A stretch of DNA of 64,000 bases. It comes from an uncultured Acidobacteriota bacterium. GTDB taxonomy: Bacteria > Acidobacteriota > Thermoanaerobaculia > Gp7-AA8. The position numbers and the translations under genes were made by a program. The notes beneath the pieces were generated by a model. It had not been told where the DNA came from. It saw only the letters and a list, made by a program, of their open reading frames with translations, and ran no database searches. This document shows positions 20,043 to 30,468 of the stretch, piece by piece. The DNA is taken from assembly GCA_963822445.1 (NCBI GenBank), contig CAWGHO010000001.1, forward strand, positions 1,056,001 through 1,120,000, written 5' to 3'. Each line of letters opens with the position of its first letter. Position 1 is the first letter of the stretch.

Positions 20043-20671
20043 TCAGATCAGGCCGAGGTCGATGGCCCGGAGCACTGCCCTGGTGCGGTCGCGCACGCCA
20101 AGCTTGGCCAGCACGCTGGAGATGTGATTCTTCACCGTGCCGTCGGAAATCTTCAGCAATTCGGAGATCTCGCGGTTGCTGTAGCCGCCGGCGAGGAAAC
20201 GGAGGATGGTTTTTTCGCGATCGGTGAGCGGCTCCGGCAGCTCGGCCGATTCGAATGACGCGACCGGCTGCTGTCGAGCGCGCGGACGATTCGCTCGGTG
20301 ATGACCGGCTCGATGCAGGTGCCTCCCGCGGCGACGGTGCGGATGGCGGTCGTCAGCCGGTCGAGCGACACATCCTTCAACAACCATCCTTTCGCACCGG
20401 CGCGCACGGCTTCGAAGAGCATGGCGTCGTCGTCGAACGTGGTGAGGATCAACGCCGGCGTCTTGATCTGTTTGAGCACGCCCAGGCCGTCGAGTCGCGG
20501 CATGCGCAGATCGAGGAGCACGACGTCCGGCTTCTCGCGCTCGATCACTTCGAGCGCCTCCTCGCCGTCCGACGCTTCACCGACGACCTGAATGTCGGGA
20601 TTGAGTGCGAGCAGCGCGCGAAGGCCTTCGCGGACGATGTTCTGATCTTCGACCAGGCAGACGCGGATCAC
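20043..20671 (-). CDS. NarL/DesR-family response regulator, frameshift near 20260
   Basis: REC domain (LLDLRMP) in one frame; LuxR HTH (LTDREK...TVKNHISSVLAKLGV) in another. Confidence 0.9.
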
Positions 20672-21744
20672 GCCGCACCGCCCACGGGCAGACGGACGTG
20701 CACTTCGAAGCCGTGGCCGCGCATCGACGAGACTTCCAGCGTGCCGCCGGCCTGCTGCACGCGCTCGCGCATGCCGCGCAGACCGTTGCCGAAGACGACG
20801 CGATCAGTGCCGCCGCCGTCATCGCGCGCGTCGACGGTCAGCGCCTGATCGGCCGTACCCACGGTCAGCCAGAGATTCCGCGCGTTGCTGTGGCGGACGG
20901 CGTTGGTGACGATCTCCTGAACCGCGCGCAGTGCTGTTTGCGCAACGAGTGGCTCGGCCACGGCCACACCATCGGCATCGACGTGAATCGCCGGCGACGG
21001 AACGGCGTTGCGCAAGGCCGCCAGCGCTGCGCCGAGGTCGACTGCCTCCCCTTCGCGCAGTTTGCTGACCACATCGCGGACGTCGCTGAGCAGCAACTTC
21101 GTGAGGGCCTGGCTCTTCTCGATGTGTTCTTTGGCCTGACCCTCGGCGAGATGACTGGCCACTTCGAGATTGAGGCTGAGCGCGGTCAGGTGATGGCCGA
21201 TCAGATCATGCAGGTCCCGCGCGATCCGCAACCGCTCCTCGGCACGGCTGCTCATGTCCAGCAATCCCGTCGCGACCTGCAACTCGGCATTGGCTTCGGC
21301 CAGGGCCTGCTTCGCTTCGCGCTCGTCGTGGGCGATGCGCGCGGTCATGAATCCGAAGATCTGGAAAGCGAAGTAGCCGAACGCGCCCCAGATGGCGTGC
21401 TTCGAGCCGTCGGAGACGATGAAGAACAGCGCGGCCGTCTGCGTGACGATCCACGTCATCGCCGCTGGAGCGCGCAGGTGCCCGAGTTGCGCCGCTGTGA
21501 TCACCAGCAGCACGGGCTGCATGCCTTCGAGTTTCAGATACGCGCAGGTCAGCGCCAGAACGGACTGCACGGCGATGAGAGCGAGCTCGAACGGGCCCGT
21601 GCATTCCTTCCGCGTGGCGACGAGGAAGAGCGCGAGAAAGGTGACGTAGCAGATCGCCCAGGGAATCGTGATCTCGCGCAGGTGCGGCAGGGCCACGATG
21701 ACCCAGGTGAACACGCCGGAGAAAACGAGTTTGCGGATTTGCAT
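20668..21744 (-). CDS. DesK-like HisKA_3 sensor histidine kinase
   Basis: About 5 TM segments; ERLRIARDLHDLIGH, QEIVTNAVRHS, GLRGMRERV. Confidence 0.92.
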   Translation of the reverse strand: MQIRKLVFSGVFTWVIVALPHLREITIPWAICYVTFLALFLVATRKECTGPFELALIAVQSVLALTCAYLKLEGMQPVLLVITAAQLGHLRAPAAMTWIVTQTAALFFIVSDGSKHAIWGAFGYFAFQIFGFMTARIAHDEREAKQALAEANAELQVATGLLDMSSRAEERLRIARDLHDLIGHHLTALSLNLEVASHLAEGQAKEHIEKSQALTKLLLSDVRDVVSKLREGEAVDLGAALAALRNAVPSPAIHVDADGVAVAEPLVAQTALRAVQEIVTNAVRHSNARNLWLTVGTADQALTVDARDDGGGTDRVVFGNGLRGMRERVQQAGGTLEVSSMRGHGFEVHVRLPVGGAA

Positions 21745-21746
21745 GG

Positions 21747-22772
21747 TCAGAAATACACGCGCACGCCAGCCGTAGTCGCTCTGTCTACCTGTAAATACTC
21801 CATTTCGCTGCCCGAACGCCCGATCAACTCCGTGTCGATGACATACAACGCGACATTCGGCCGCACTTTGTACGTCGCCGCGGCGCGCACGAGCGTCGAG
21901 CCGTCGCGAAGGTTGGTGATGGTGATCAGCTCCGCGTCGAGCTTCCCCATCGGCCGCGTCACGCGCGCGAACGCGTACGTGCGGGCCATGCGCAACGGTG
22001 CGTACGCGGCGTTGGCGCCGCGCAGGTCGTGATCGACCGCGTCGCGGAAGGCATCCCATTGGCTCGCGGTCAGGCCATCGGTGCCGTGGTAGACCTCGAG
22101 CACGACGTTCACGTTCTTTGGCAGCGTGTACTGACCGCCGACCACGATGCGCGTGTGCTCGGTGCGCGCGACTTCCGCGTGCAGTTCCAGCGCGTCACCG
22201 AAAACGCGCGAGAGGCTGATCCCGACGTCGTTGTTCTTCATCATCAGCGAGACGTCCGTGCCGCGCACGAGTCGGTACACGCGCGCGGCAACGTCGCCGC
22301 CTTCGAACGCATACAAGGAGATGTTGGTGTCCTTCACGAAGACATCGGCGCGAACCATGTCCCGGCCGCGGTAAGCAGAGCGGCGGTCATTCGGATCGGT
22401 GGGATTGCGCGCCGGGCCGACAAACGCGGTCGGCGTCCAGCCGTAACCGGTACCCCATTTCTCGATGACTCGCCCCGCGGTCACGTCGAGCCAGTCCGTT
22501 GCCGCGAACTGCACGAACGCCTCACCGACCTCGCCGCGATCGGCGGCGCGATCCGACGCATCGGCGCGCAGCTTCATGCGCACTTTCCAGCGCTTGTCGT
22601 CCGTGGCCGCCTCGACGAACGCCGTCGCATCGGCAACGTTCGTCTGAAACGGGATCGAAGCGACGTTGCGCGGATTGAGCGGCGACGACGTGTTCGCCGG
22701 CGTGAGTTGCGCTTCCGCGCCCGCCGAGCCGAACACGCGAATCGTCGCCGCGAGAAAGAGTGCGCTCAACAT
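21747..22772 (-). CDS. Putative outer-membrane beta-barrel protein
   Basis: Signal peptide; GRVIEKWGTG; C-terminal aromatic residue (VRVYF); follows the LolA-like gene. Confidence 0.6.
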   Translation of the reverse strand: MLSALFLAATIRVFGSAGAEAQLTPANTSSPLNPRNVASIPFQTNVADATAFVEAATDDKRWKVRMKLRADASDRAADRGEVGEAFVQFAATDWLDVTAGRVIEKWGTGYGWTPTAFVGPARNPTDPNDRRSAYRGRDMVRADVFVKDTNISLYAFEGGDVAARVYRLVRGTDVSLMMKNNDVGISLSRVFGDALELHAEVARTEHTRIVVGGQYTLPKNVNVVLEVYHGTDGLTASQWDAFRDAVDHDLRGANAAYAPLRMARTYAFARVTRPMGKLDAELITITNLRDGSTLVRAAATYKVRPNVALYVIDTELIGRSGSEMEYLQVDRATTAGVRVYF

Positions 22773-22791
22773 GTTGTCCCCGGGCTCGCCA

Positions 22792-22943
22792 AGTTCACCC
22801 CGCGCGTCCCACAGTTCACGCCGCGCGTAGACCGCGGCGTCAACGGAGCAGTCGGCTACAAGTTGCGGCAGCTCCGTGAGTGCGCCACTGACCCCGCGTC
22901 TTCGCGCGGGGTGAACTGTGGGACGCGCGGCGTGAACTGTGGG
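22792..22943. repeat. Inverted repeat of about 21-nt tandem units (CCCACAGTTCACSCCGCGCGT)
   Basis: Two units at 22792-22827 complementary to two units at 22903-22943. Confidence 0.8.
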
Positions 22944-22963
22944 AACCGCGAGAAGGAGAACGC

Positions 22964-23668
22964 TCACCATTTGCCGAGCGCGTCCTTCGTGAACATCTTG
23001 TCGGCGTTGTTGCGCGCGGTGAGATTGGCGTAACGCATCACGGTGCGGTTTCCGGCGCGCAGGAGGTCCTCGATCTCTACTTCGGTCACGATGCGCCGAC
23101 CGGCCAGCGTGCCGAACTTGCGGTAGTGCGCTCGCTTGAGCAGCTTGCCCGAGGCGACGTAGAAATCGGCGCGGCGCGGTTCGTAGGTCGAGCGATCGAT
23201 CCAGAGCTTGATCGACTTGTACGAGATCGACGGATCCTTCGCTTCCAGATCGAGCAGCCAGGTCTCGCCGTCCTGCACCGCGGACTTGGCGTCGTAATCG
23301 ACGGCGAAACTGGTGCGGGCGACGTCACCGTTCGAAGCCTGTCCCATCAGTCGCTGCAGCGGCGAGATGCGAATGGGGCGGCTCGCGGACGGCATGTAGA
23401 TCCACATCGCGTCGCGCAGCATGAGCAGGAACTTCCCCTTCTCCGCCGCGGGCGCGGTGAACTCGACCACGCTCCGCTCAGAGCCTTTTCCATACACGCG
23501 GAACTTCGAAGACTCCGACTTTGTCCCTTCGAAACTGGTCAGTTCCACGTCGATGGAGAAGCTGTCCATACCGTTGCGGAACGCATCGCTGCGGGAAAGG
23601 ATCGCCGTCGCGTCTTCGGCAAGTGCCGGCAACGCGACGAACATCAAAAGCATCGCTAGTTTTTTCAT
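22964..23668 (-). CDS. Outer membrane lipoprotein-sorting (LolA-like) protein
   Basis: MWIYMPSASRPIRIS, GQASNGD, GKLLKR. Confidence 0.82.
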   Translation of the reverse strand: MKKLAMLLMFVALPALAEDATAILSRSDAFRNGMDSFSIDVELTSFEGTKSESSKFRVYGKGSERSVVEFTAPAAEKGKFLLMLRDAMWIYMPSASRPIRISPLQRLMGQASNGDVARTSFAVDYDAKSAVQDGETWLLDLEAKDPSISYKSIKLWIDRSTYEPRRADFYVASGKLLKRAHYRKFGTLAGRRIVTEVEIEDLLRAGNRTVMRYANLTARNNADKMFTKDALGKW

Positions 23669-23677
23669 GGGATCACC

Positions 23678-24877
23678 TCAGATGTGGCCGAGTGCGTCGA
23701 CGATCTTCAGTCGGGAGGCTTTGAGCGCCGGCAGGATGGAGGAGAGGGTTGCGGTGACGACCGAGATCAGGAACGCGGTTATGAGCACCGGCGTCTGCAG
23801 CAGGATCTGCAACCGATAACCGACCGTGTAGCCCGGCGGCGGCGGGAGCATGACGTTGCCGCTGTTGATGGCGGTCGCGAGCAACGCGCCGATGGTCAGT
23901 CCAAGGAGGCCGCCGATGACGCCGGTCATGAGGCCTTCGAGGAAGAACATCCGCCACACCCTTCCGCGAGTCGTCCCGATGGCCATGAGCGTGCCGATCT
24001 CCCGGGTGCGCTCGAAGATGGACATGACGATGGTGTTGGCGACGCTGAAGATCACGACGCCGAAGACGATCAGGCCGAGGAAGCCGAAGATGCCGTTGTA
24101 GAGCAGGACGACCTGGTGGTAGAAGCTCGCGAGCTCCGACCAGCTCTTGATCTCGATCGGCCACTTGCGGCGTTCAATGTCCGCGCGCATCGCGGCGGTC
24201 GTTTCCGTGTCGCGGAGGAAGACCAGCAGCTTTTCGACTTTCGTGGTCTGCAGCAGCGATTGCGCGCCGGTGATGGGCATCTTCACCGCGCGCTCGTCGA
24301 GCTCCTTCACTCCGGTCTGGAAGATGCCTGCGACGCGGACGTCCATCGCGTTGAGCGAGCCGGTCACGGTCGGCGTCATCAGGGTGATGTAGTCGCCGGG
24401 CTTCGCGTTCATCGACGCGGCCAGGCCCTTGCCGAGCAGGATCGCGTCGGGCTCGTTGTCGGGAAGGAGCGTGCCGGCGATGACTTTCTGGCCGCGCATG
24501 GTGCGGTCTTTTTCAGGCTCGACGGCGGTGGCGATGAAGGTCTCGGACTTGTCGCCGTTGCTGACCAGGCCCATGAGCGTGATCTGCGCGGCGGTTGATT
24601 CGACGCGCGGATCTTTCTCCATCTCGGCGCGCATCGCGGCCACGTTGTCGAGCGCATGCTCGAGCGGCTTCTGCGAGCCTTTCTCGTGGCCTGCACCGAA
24701 GATCTGCAGATGTCCCAGACGGCCGCGGATGGTGCTCTCGCGGAGTCCGCGGAAAGTCACGGCCTTGTATCCGCCGAAGAGGATCAGGCCGACGGCGCTG
24801 AAGACGATGACGGCGAGGGTGATCGCCGAACGGCGGCGATTGCGGAAGATGTTGCGAAGGGCGAGTTTGATCAGCAT
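23678..24877 (-). CDS. LolE/FtsX-family ABC permease
   Basis: LRNIFRNRRRS, ERTREIGTLMAIG. Confidence 0.9.
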   Translation of the reverse strand: MLIKLALRNIFRNRRRSAITLAVIVFSAVGLILFGGYKAVTFRGLRESTIRGRLGHLQIFGAGHEKGSQKPLEHALDNVAAMRAEMEKDPRVESTAAQITLMGLVSNGDKSETFIATAVEPEKDRTMRGQKVIAGTLLPDNEPDAILLGKGLAASMNAKPGDYITLMTPTVTGSLNAMDVRVAGIFQTGVKELDERAVKMPITGAQSLLQTTKVEKLLVFLRDTETTAAMRADIERRKWPIEIKSWSELASFYHQVVLLYNGIFGFLGLIVFGVVIFSVANTIVMSIFERTREIGTLMAIGTTRGRVWRMFFLEGLMTGVIGGLLGLTIGALLATAINSGNVMLPPPPGYTVGYRLQILLQTPVLITAFLISVVTATLSSILPALKASRLKIVDALGHI

Positions 24878-24887
24878 GTGCGTGTCC

Positions 24888-25589
24888 TCAGGCCGCGATG
24901 GCGGCTTCGATGTCGGTGATTCTTCCGTCGCGAACGCGGATGACGCGCTGGGCGCGGGCGATCACGGCCGGGTCGTGGGTGGCAAAAACGAACGTCGAGC
25001 CGGTGCGCGCGTTGATGTCCTGGATCAGATCGAGGATTCGCGCCGCGTTCTCGGAATCGAGATTCGCGGTCGGTTCATCAGCAACCACGAGCTTCGGCTC
25101 GCCGGCCATGGCCCTGGCGATGGCAACGCGCTGGCGCTGACCGCCGGACAGTTGATCGGGGCGCTGTTTGGCCTGGGCGAGGATGCCAACGTGCTCGAGC
25201 CACGTCGAGACGCGATGATCGCGCTCGCGCTTCTTCATGCCGCGCAGCATCAGCGGGAACTCGACGTTCTCCCACGCCGTGAGCACCGGCACCAGGTTGA
25301 AGGTCTGAAAAACGAACCCCAGCACTTCGGCACGAGTCCGAGCCAGACGGTGCAGCGGGACGGCTGTGACGTCGACGCCGTCGATGACGACGCGGCCGGA
25401 GTCGGGCTTGTCGACGCAGCCGATGAGGTTGAGGAGGGTGGTCTTGCCGCTGCCGGACGGGCCGGCCAGCGCGACCAGCTCGCCGGGGGCGATCTCGAGG
25501 GAAACGTTGTCGACCGCGCGGACGAGGATGCGTCCGAGCTTGTACGACTTTTCGACGGATGTGAGTTGAACGACTGTTTCGTGTGCCAT
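24888..25589 (-). CDS. ABC transporter ATP-binding protein (LolD-like)
   Basis: [26 protein letters not shown]. Confidence 0.93.
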   Translation of the reverse strand: MAHETVVQLTSVEKSYKLGRILVRAVDNVSLEIAPGELVALAGPSGSGKTTLLNLIGCVDKPDSGRVVIDGVDVTAVPLHRLARTRAEVLGFVFQTFNLVPVLTAWENVEFPLMLRGMKKRERDHRVSTWLEHVGILAQAKQRPDQLSGGQRQRVAIARAMAGEPKLVVADEPTANLDSENAARILDLIQDINARTGSTFVFATHDPAVIARAQRVIRVRDGRITDIEAAIAA

Positions 25590-25673
25590 GGCTCGCAAGA
25601 TAGGGCGAGCCACGTTCACGCACATGTGCCGGAGGTCAGCTCAGCCGAGCATGACTTCCGGCACCCCCGGGCG

Positions 25674-26444
25674 TTAGTTGATTCCGAATCGCACCGTCAC
25701 CTGCAGCAGCACTTCCACGGCCTCCCCGCGCAGGGATCCCGGTTTGTATCGCCACTGCTGCACCGCTTTCATCACGGCCTCGTTGAAGGGCGGCATGGTC
25801 GCCGAGACGATGCGGATGTCGCGCACGCGGCCGTTCTTGTCGATCACGCACTCGGCGATGACGGTCGCGGTCACGCCGCTCCTCCGCATGATCTCGGGAT
25901 ACCCCGGCTCGACTTTCTGGATGAGGACCGGCGACTTCACTTCGCCCGTGACGCGATAGATCTTGTCTTCGACGGGCGGGACGTCCACGACGGCAGCAGG
26001 CGGATTGTTGATGTCACCGATCGAGTCCTTCTCTCCCCAGGGCTCACCGAACGGTTCGGTGGAGGTGCCGGTGCCGTTCGCGGGCTCGGTCGATGTCGCA
26101 CCGCCCGAGCCAGGCGCGTCGAGCGTCGGAACTTCGTCAGGGATGTCGGCCGGCGCCATCACTTCGTTGGGTTTCGGCGCGGGCGGTGGCGTGTCCTGCT
26201 TCACCGGCGCCGGAGCCGCTCCGCCATCGGGACGGCCAAGGGGCGGCGGAGGCAAAGCCACGGGCATGAAGATCGGCGCGCTGGCCATTTCGTCCGGCGC
26301 GGCCGCGGGAAAGTCGACCGACGCGACGCTGACCGCGACTGCGCCGAGGATCACCGCGCTGTGCGCGATGAGTGAGATGGTGAAAAGCCCGAAGCGCCCC
26401 CGCCCCGCCCCGGTCTGAGCATGGACAACCGATGTCTCGAACAT
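25674..26444 (-). CDS. TonB-family energy transducer
   Basis: MFETS start with GGAGG RBS; TM carrying SxxxH; Pro-rich linker; TonB_C (YP...AVQQWRYKP). Confidence 0.88.
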   Translation of the reverse strand: MFETSVVHAQTGAGRGRFGLFTISLIAHSAVILGAVAVSVASVDFPAAAPDEMASAPIFMPVALPPPPLGRPDGGAAPAPVKQDTPPPAPKPNEVMAPADIPDEVPTLDAPGSGGATSTEPANGTGTSTEPFGEPWGEKDSIGDINNPPAAVVDVPPVEDKIYRVTGEVKSPVLIQKVEPGYPEIMRRSGVTATVIAECVIDKNGRVRDIRIVSATMPPFNEAVMKAVQQWRYKPGSLRGEAVEVLLQVTVRFGIN

Positions 26445-26516
26445 GCGTTCCTCCTGGGATTGTTGGAGGGGGCGGGTGGGGCTGGAGAAACCGTGGGTTG
26501 CAACGGACGGGTGAAC

Positions 26517-26617
26517 GTACGGCGAGCGTCCCGCTCGCATCGCGCCGGGCATCGTGCCCGGCGCTCATCCGCGCGGGCGAGACGCCCGCGCGATTGCGGC
26601 CGGGACGGCCGCCGTAC
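26517..26617. repeat. GTAC-bounded REP-like multi-hairpin element
   Basis: GTACGGCG...CGTCCCG and CGGGACGGCCGCCGTAC ends; internal hairpins. Confidence 0.85.
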
Positions 26618-26652
26618 GTGACCTCTGGCACGGTTCGTTCGTAGACAGGGGC

Positions 26653-27861
26653 ATGAAGAAGCTGACCCCGGATCCGGAGCTCGCGCAGCTCGTCCGCGAG
26701 TTGAACGAGACCGAGGCTGCGACGGATGAGACGCGCGCCGCGAATGCGTGGCCGTCGTCGACCGTGCCGGAAGGGAACCCGATCGAGCGGCTGCTGATCG
26801 AGATGGCCCAGCGCGGCGCGAGCGATCTGGTGATCGTCGCCGGCGCGCCGCCGATCTTCCGCCTGGCCGGCCGGTTGACGCGAACGGCCGACGCGCCGCT
26901 GACGGCGGAGGACATTCAGTCGCTGCTCGCGCCGATGCTCACCGCGCGGCTGCGAGAGAAGCTCGAAACCGAAGGTGCGGCGGATTTTTCGTTGCGCCTG
27001 AGCAAGGGCTCGAGTGACGACGATCGCCGCGCGTGGCGTTTCCGCGTGAACGTTCATCGCCAGCGCGGCACTCTCGCCGCCGCTGTCCGGGCGCTGCCGA
27101 CCGAGGTGCCGACGCTGCAGCAGTTGAAACTGCCGTTGGCGCTCGCCGAACTGGTGAAACCGACGCGGGGACTCGTCCTGATCTGCGGCCCGACCGGCTC
27201 GGGCAAGTCCACGACGCTGGCCGCGCTGATCGGCGAGATCAACCGCACCGAGGCCAAGCACATCATCACCATCGAAGACCCGATCGAGTACGAGCATCGC
27301 AATGCTTCCTCGATCGTCGAACAGGTGGAGATCGGCCGCGACGCGCCGTCGTTCGCATCCGCGCTTCGCGCTTCGCTGCGTCAGGATCCCGATGTGATTC
27401 TCGTCGGCGAGATGCGCGACCTCGAAACCGTAGCGACAGCCCTGACCGCCGCGGAGACCGGTCATCTGATCCTGTCCACGCTGCACACCAGCGACGCGGC
27501 CCAGGCCATTCATCGCATCGTCGACGTCTTTCCGCCGGCGCAGCAGACCCAAATCAAGCAGCAGCTCGCGCTGAGCCTCAACGCGATCGTCGTGCAGCAG
27601 CTCGTTCCCCGCACGGACAACAGCGGACGGTCGGTGGCGGTGGAAGTGCTGCTCGCGAATTACGCGGTGCGCAATCACATCCGCACGGACAAGCTCCAGA
27701 ACCTCGCCACCGAAATCACCCTCGGCAAACGCCAGGGCATGATCTCGCTCGAGGATTCCCTCGCGCGGCTCGTGCAGGAAGGCGTGATCACGCACGAAGA
27801 CGCGCGTGTGCGCTCGCCGCGGCCGGACGAGCTGGATTCACTGCTGCGGACGCGCGGTTAG
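26653..27861 (+). CDS. pilT: PilT/PilU-family type IV pilus ATPase
   Basis: GPTGSGKSTT, TIEDPIEY, LRQDPDVILVGEMRD, TGHLILSTLHT. Confidence 0.92.
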   Translation: MKKLTPDPELAQLVRELNETEAATDETRAANAWPSSTVPEGNPIERLLIEMAQRGASDLVIVAGAPPIFRLAGRLTRTADAPLTAEDIQSLLAPMLTARLREKLETEGAADFSLRLSKGSSDDDRRAWRFRVNVHRQRGTLAAAVRALPTEVPTLQQLKLPLALAELVKPTRGLVLICGPTGSGKSTTLAALIGEINRTEAKHIITIEDPIEYEHRNASSIVEQVEIGRDAPSFASALRASLRQDPDVILVGEMRDLETVATALTAAETGHLILSTLHTSDAAQAIHRIVDVFPPAQQTQIKQQLALSLNAIVVQQLVPRTDNSGRSVAVEVLLANYAVRNHIRTDKLQNLATEITLGKRQGMISLEDSLARLVQEGVITHEDARVRSPRPDELDSLLRTRG

Positions 27862-27871
27862 GTCGTTGCCA

Positions 27872-27985
27872 GGTTGCTGCTCTGGACTGCGGCGGCAAGG
27901 CCGCCGCTCTCACTCGCCGCAGCGCCAGCTGCGGCTGGCGCAAGTGAGAGCGGCAGCTCTGCTGCCGCAGTCCAGAGCAGCAACC
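27872..27985. repeat. Long REP-like palindrome between convergent genes
   Basis: GGTTGCTGCTCTGGACTGCGGC ... GCCGCAGTCCAGAGCAGCAACC with inner hairpins. Confidence 0.88.
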
Positions 27986-27990
27986 CACAC

Positions 27991-29910
27991 TCACCACGCG
28001 ATCCCGTAATCCTCCCCATGATTCGAGCTTCCGCCCCAGAACGTGCCGTGGGCGCGGTCGAACCAGATCGCGTTGATCGGGCCGGAGGTGCGGTCCTCGA
28101 ACGTGAGCGTGTAGCCCATCTTCTGCAGTTCGCTGCGCACCCACGGTGGCGTGTCGCTGTGCAGAAGAATGCGGCCGGGCACTGACAATCGATCGCCGAG
28201 CCACTTCCGCATCTGGAACGAATTGAAGTTCGCCGCCTCGGAGGCCTCTTGCGGCGTCATCCCGAACTCGACCACGTTGAGGAAAAACTGCAGGAGGTTC
28301 TGATCCTGCGTGTCGCCGCCCTGCACGGCAAAGGCGAGGAACGGCGCGCCGTCTTTCAGCGCGAGCGTCGGCGTGAGCGTGACGTGCGGACGCTTGCCGG
28401 GCTCGATCACGTTGTATGGATTCTGCGCGGGATCGGTGTCGAAGCTCTGCGCGCGCTGCGAAAGGCCGATGCCCGTGCGGCCGGCGATGACCGCCGGAAT
28501 CCAGCCGCCGCTCGGTGTGATCGAGACCACCCACCCTTCCTTGTCCGCGGCTTCGATCGAAGTGGTGCCGAGGCGGAAGGACTCATCGAACGAGCGCAGC
28601 TCGGCGGTCGTGCGCGGTTTGGTCGCGGTCGCGTTCCAGTTGCGGAGGTAGTCGAGGAACGGATTCTTCTCGTTCTGGAAGGGATAGGGATCGCCGGGTC
28701 CGATCTTCGGATCGTTGCGATTGGGGTTGATCAGCTTCGCGCGTTCCTTCGCATACTCCTTCGACAGCAGGCCGGCCACGGGCTCCGCGGGGGGAACGGA
28801 CGGATCACCGAAGTAGAAATCGCGATCGGCGAAGGCGAGGCTCATCGCCTGATAGACGGTGTGGACGTAACGCGCGCTGTTGTAGCCCATCGACTCGAGG
28901 TCGAAGTTCTCGAGGATGTTCAGCGCGGAGAGCATGGCCGGCCCCTGAGTCCAGACCGTTAGCTTGTAGACGTCGATGCCGCGGTAGGTGGTCTTCACCG
29001 GCTCTTCGATCTTCACCTGCCATTTCGCCAGATCATCGGTGGTGATCAGGCCGCCCTGCTCCTGCGTCGAGCGGGCGATCTCCTGGGCGATGTCGCCTTT
29101 GTAGAAGCGGTCGTACGCGGCGAGGATCGCTTCACGTCGCGATTTGCCGCGCTTCAGCGCCTGCTGTTCCGCGTCGACGAGCTTGCGCAGAGTCGCGGCG
29201 AGATCGGCCTGTTTGAAAATCGAGCCGGCCAGCGGTGCTTCACGCGTCGACGTAACAGGCGCCGCGGCGGCGACGACATCGTGAGACGGCGTGACGCCAC
29301 TCGGCGTCGTCGTGGCCGGCGTCGCGGAGACCTCGGGCCGAAGGTTCGGAAGCATCACCGTCTTCGAGTAAGGCCACTTCTTCAGCTCCCCCTTGTTCCG
29401 CTCGATCGCATTCGCGGCCTGGGCCTCGATCGCGTATCCGTCAGCCATCTGGATCGACGGCTCGAGCACATCCTTCAGCGACAGCTTCCCGTACTCGGCG
29501 AGCATCACCATCAAGCCGCCCGGCGTTCCCGGCGTCACAGCGGCCAGCGGCCCGAACTCGGGCGGGTAGTTGAGATTTTTCGAGTGATAGAACGCCGCCG
29601 TGGCGCCGGTCGGCGCGACGCCCAGGGCGTTGATGCCGACGACTTTTTTCGCGCGGGGGTCGTAGATCAGGGCCTGGGTCTCGCCGCCCCATCCGAGGGT
29701 GTCCCACATGGTCGAAGTGGCGGCGAGCATCGCGCATGCGGCGTCGACGGCATTGCCTCCCTTCTGAAACATCATCGAGCCGGCCGTGGCCGCGAGGGGC
29801 TTGCCGGTGATGGCCATCCAGTGACTTCCGTGCAGCGGCGGCTTCTGCGTTCGCTGCGCGAAAACTGGCACGACGAAAACGAGAACGAGCACGGCGGAGC
29901 GTAGGCGCAT
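27991..29910 (-). CDS. ggt: Gamma-glutamyltransferase
   Basis: GGNAVDAA, GTTSIEAADKEG (Thr nucleophile), PGKRP, GGDTQDQ. Confidence 0.9.
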   Translation of the reverse strand: MRLRSAVLVLVFVVPVFAQRTQKPPLHGSHWMAITGKPLAATAGSMMFQKGGNAVDAACAMLAATSTMWDTLGWGGETQALIYDPRAKKVVGINALGVAPTGATAAFYHSKNLNYPPEFGPLAAVTPGTPGGLMVMLAEYGKLSLKDVLEPSIQMADGYAIEAQAANAIERNKGELKKWPYSKTVMLPNLRPEVSATPATTTPSGVTPSHDVVAAAAPVTSTREAPLAGSIFKQADLAATLRKLVDAEQQALKRGKSRREAILAAYDRFYKGDIAQEIARSTQEQGGLITTDDLAKWQVKIEEPVKTTYRGIDVYKLTVWTQGPAMLSALNILENFDLESMGYNSARYVHTVYQAMSLAFADRDFYFGDPSVPPAEPVAGLLSKEYAKERAKLINPNRNDPKIGPGDPYPFQNEKNPFLDYLRNWNATATKPRTTAELRSFDESFRLGTTSIEAADKEGWVVSITPSGGWIPAVIAGRTGIGLSQRAQSFDTDPAQNPYNVIEPGKRPHVTLTPTLALKDGAPFLAFAVQGGDTQDQNLLQFFLNVVEFGMTPQEASEAANFNSFQMRKWLGDRLSVPGRILLHSDTPPWVRSELQKMGYTLTFEDRTSGPINAIWFDRAHGTFWGGSSNHGEDYGIAW

Positions 29911-30018
29911 TCGCTGACTATATTTCAGCTCGCACGGCTCACTCGCGGCCGTTTCCAGCACCCGTATTGCAATGTCCTGGATTGCGCGCGTGAGAGCGCG
30001 TGAGAAAGGAATCTCCGG

Positions 30019-30453
30019 ATGCCACGCACAAAAAAGCATGTGAAGGAAGAGGGTGCGTTTCAACGCGTCACCACCGCCGTGAAACGGATCTTCGGCCGCG
30101 GCCGCTCCGCGGACTCGAACGAATCGAATGCGGCTGAGCCCGCGATGAGCGTCTCCGCTCCGAAACGGAAACAGGCGCGAAACGAAGGGATCAAAGCACG
30201 TGCAACGCGGCGCGAGGCGGACATCGGCCTGGACGTCGCCGGCCGCTCCTACACGCCGCCGATGACCAGCTCCAAGGCTTCGTTCCGGACCGACGGCGCC
30301 GATCATCAGCGCGATCAGGTATTCGCATTCACCTCGGCCGACGAGCGCTGGAACGACGAGGACCACTACACGAACAAGTCCGGCGATCCGCGAATCGGAA
30401 CGCGCCAGAGGACGTACGAGCCGGGTGAGAGCCGGGCTGAAACACGCGAGTAA
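30019..30453 (+). CDS. Hypothetical hydrophilic protein
   Basis: 144-aa ORF with AAGGA RBS; directly followed by the next gene. Confidence 0.6.
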   Translation: MPRTKKHVKEEGAFQRVTTAVKRIFGRGRSADSNESNAAEPAMSVSAPKRKQARNEGIKARATRREADIGLDVAGRSYTPPMTSSKASFRTDGADHQRDQVFAFTSADERWNDEDHYTNKSGDPRIGTRQRTYEPGESRAETRE

Positions 30454-30468
30454 ATGGAGGAACCAGAC

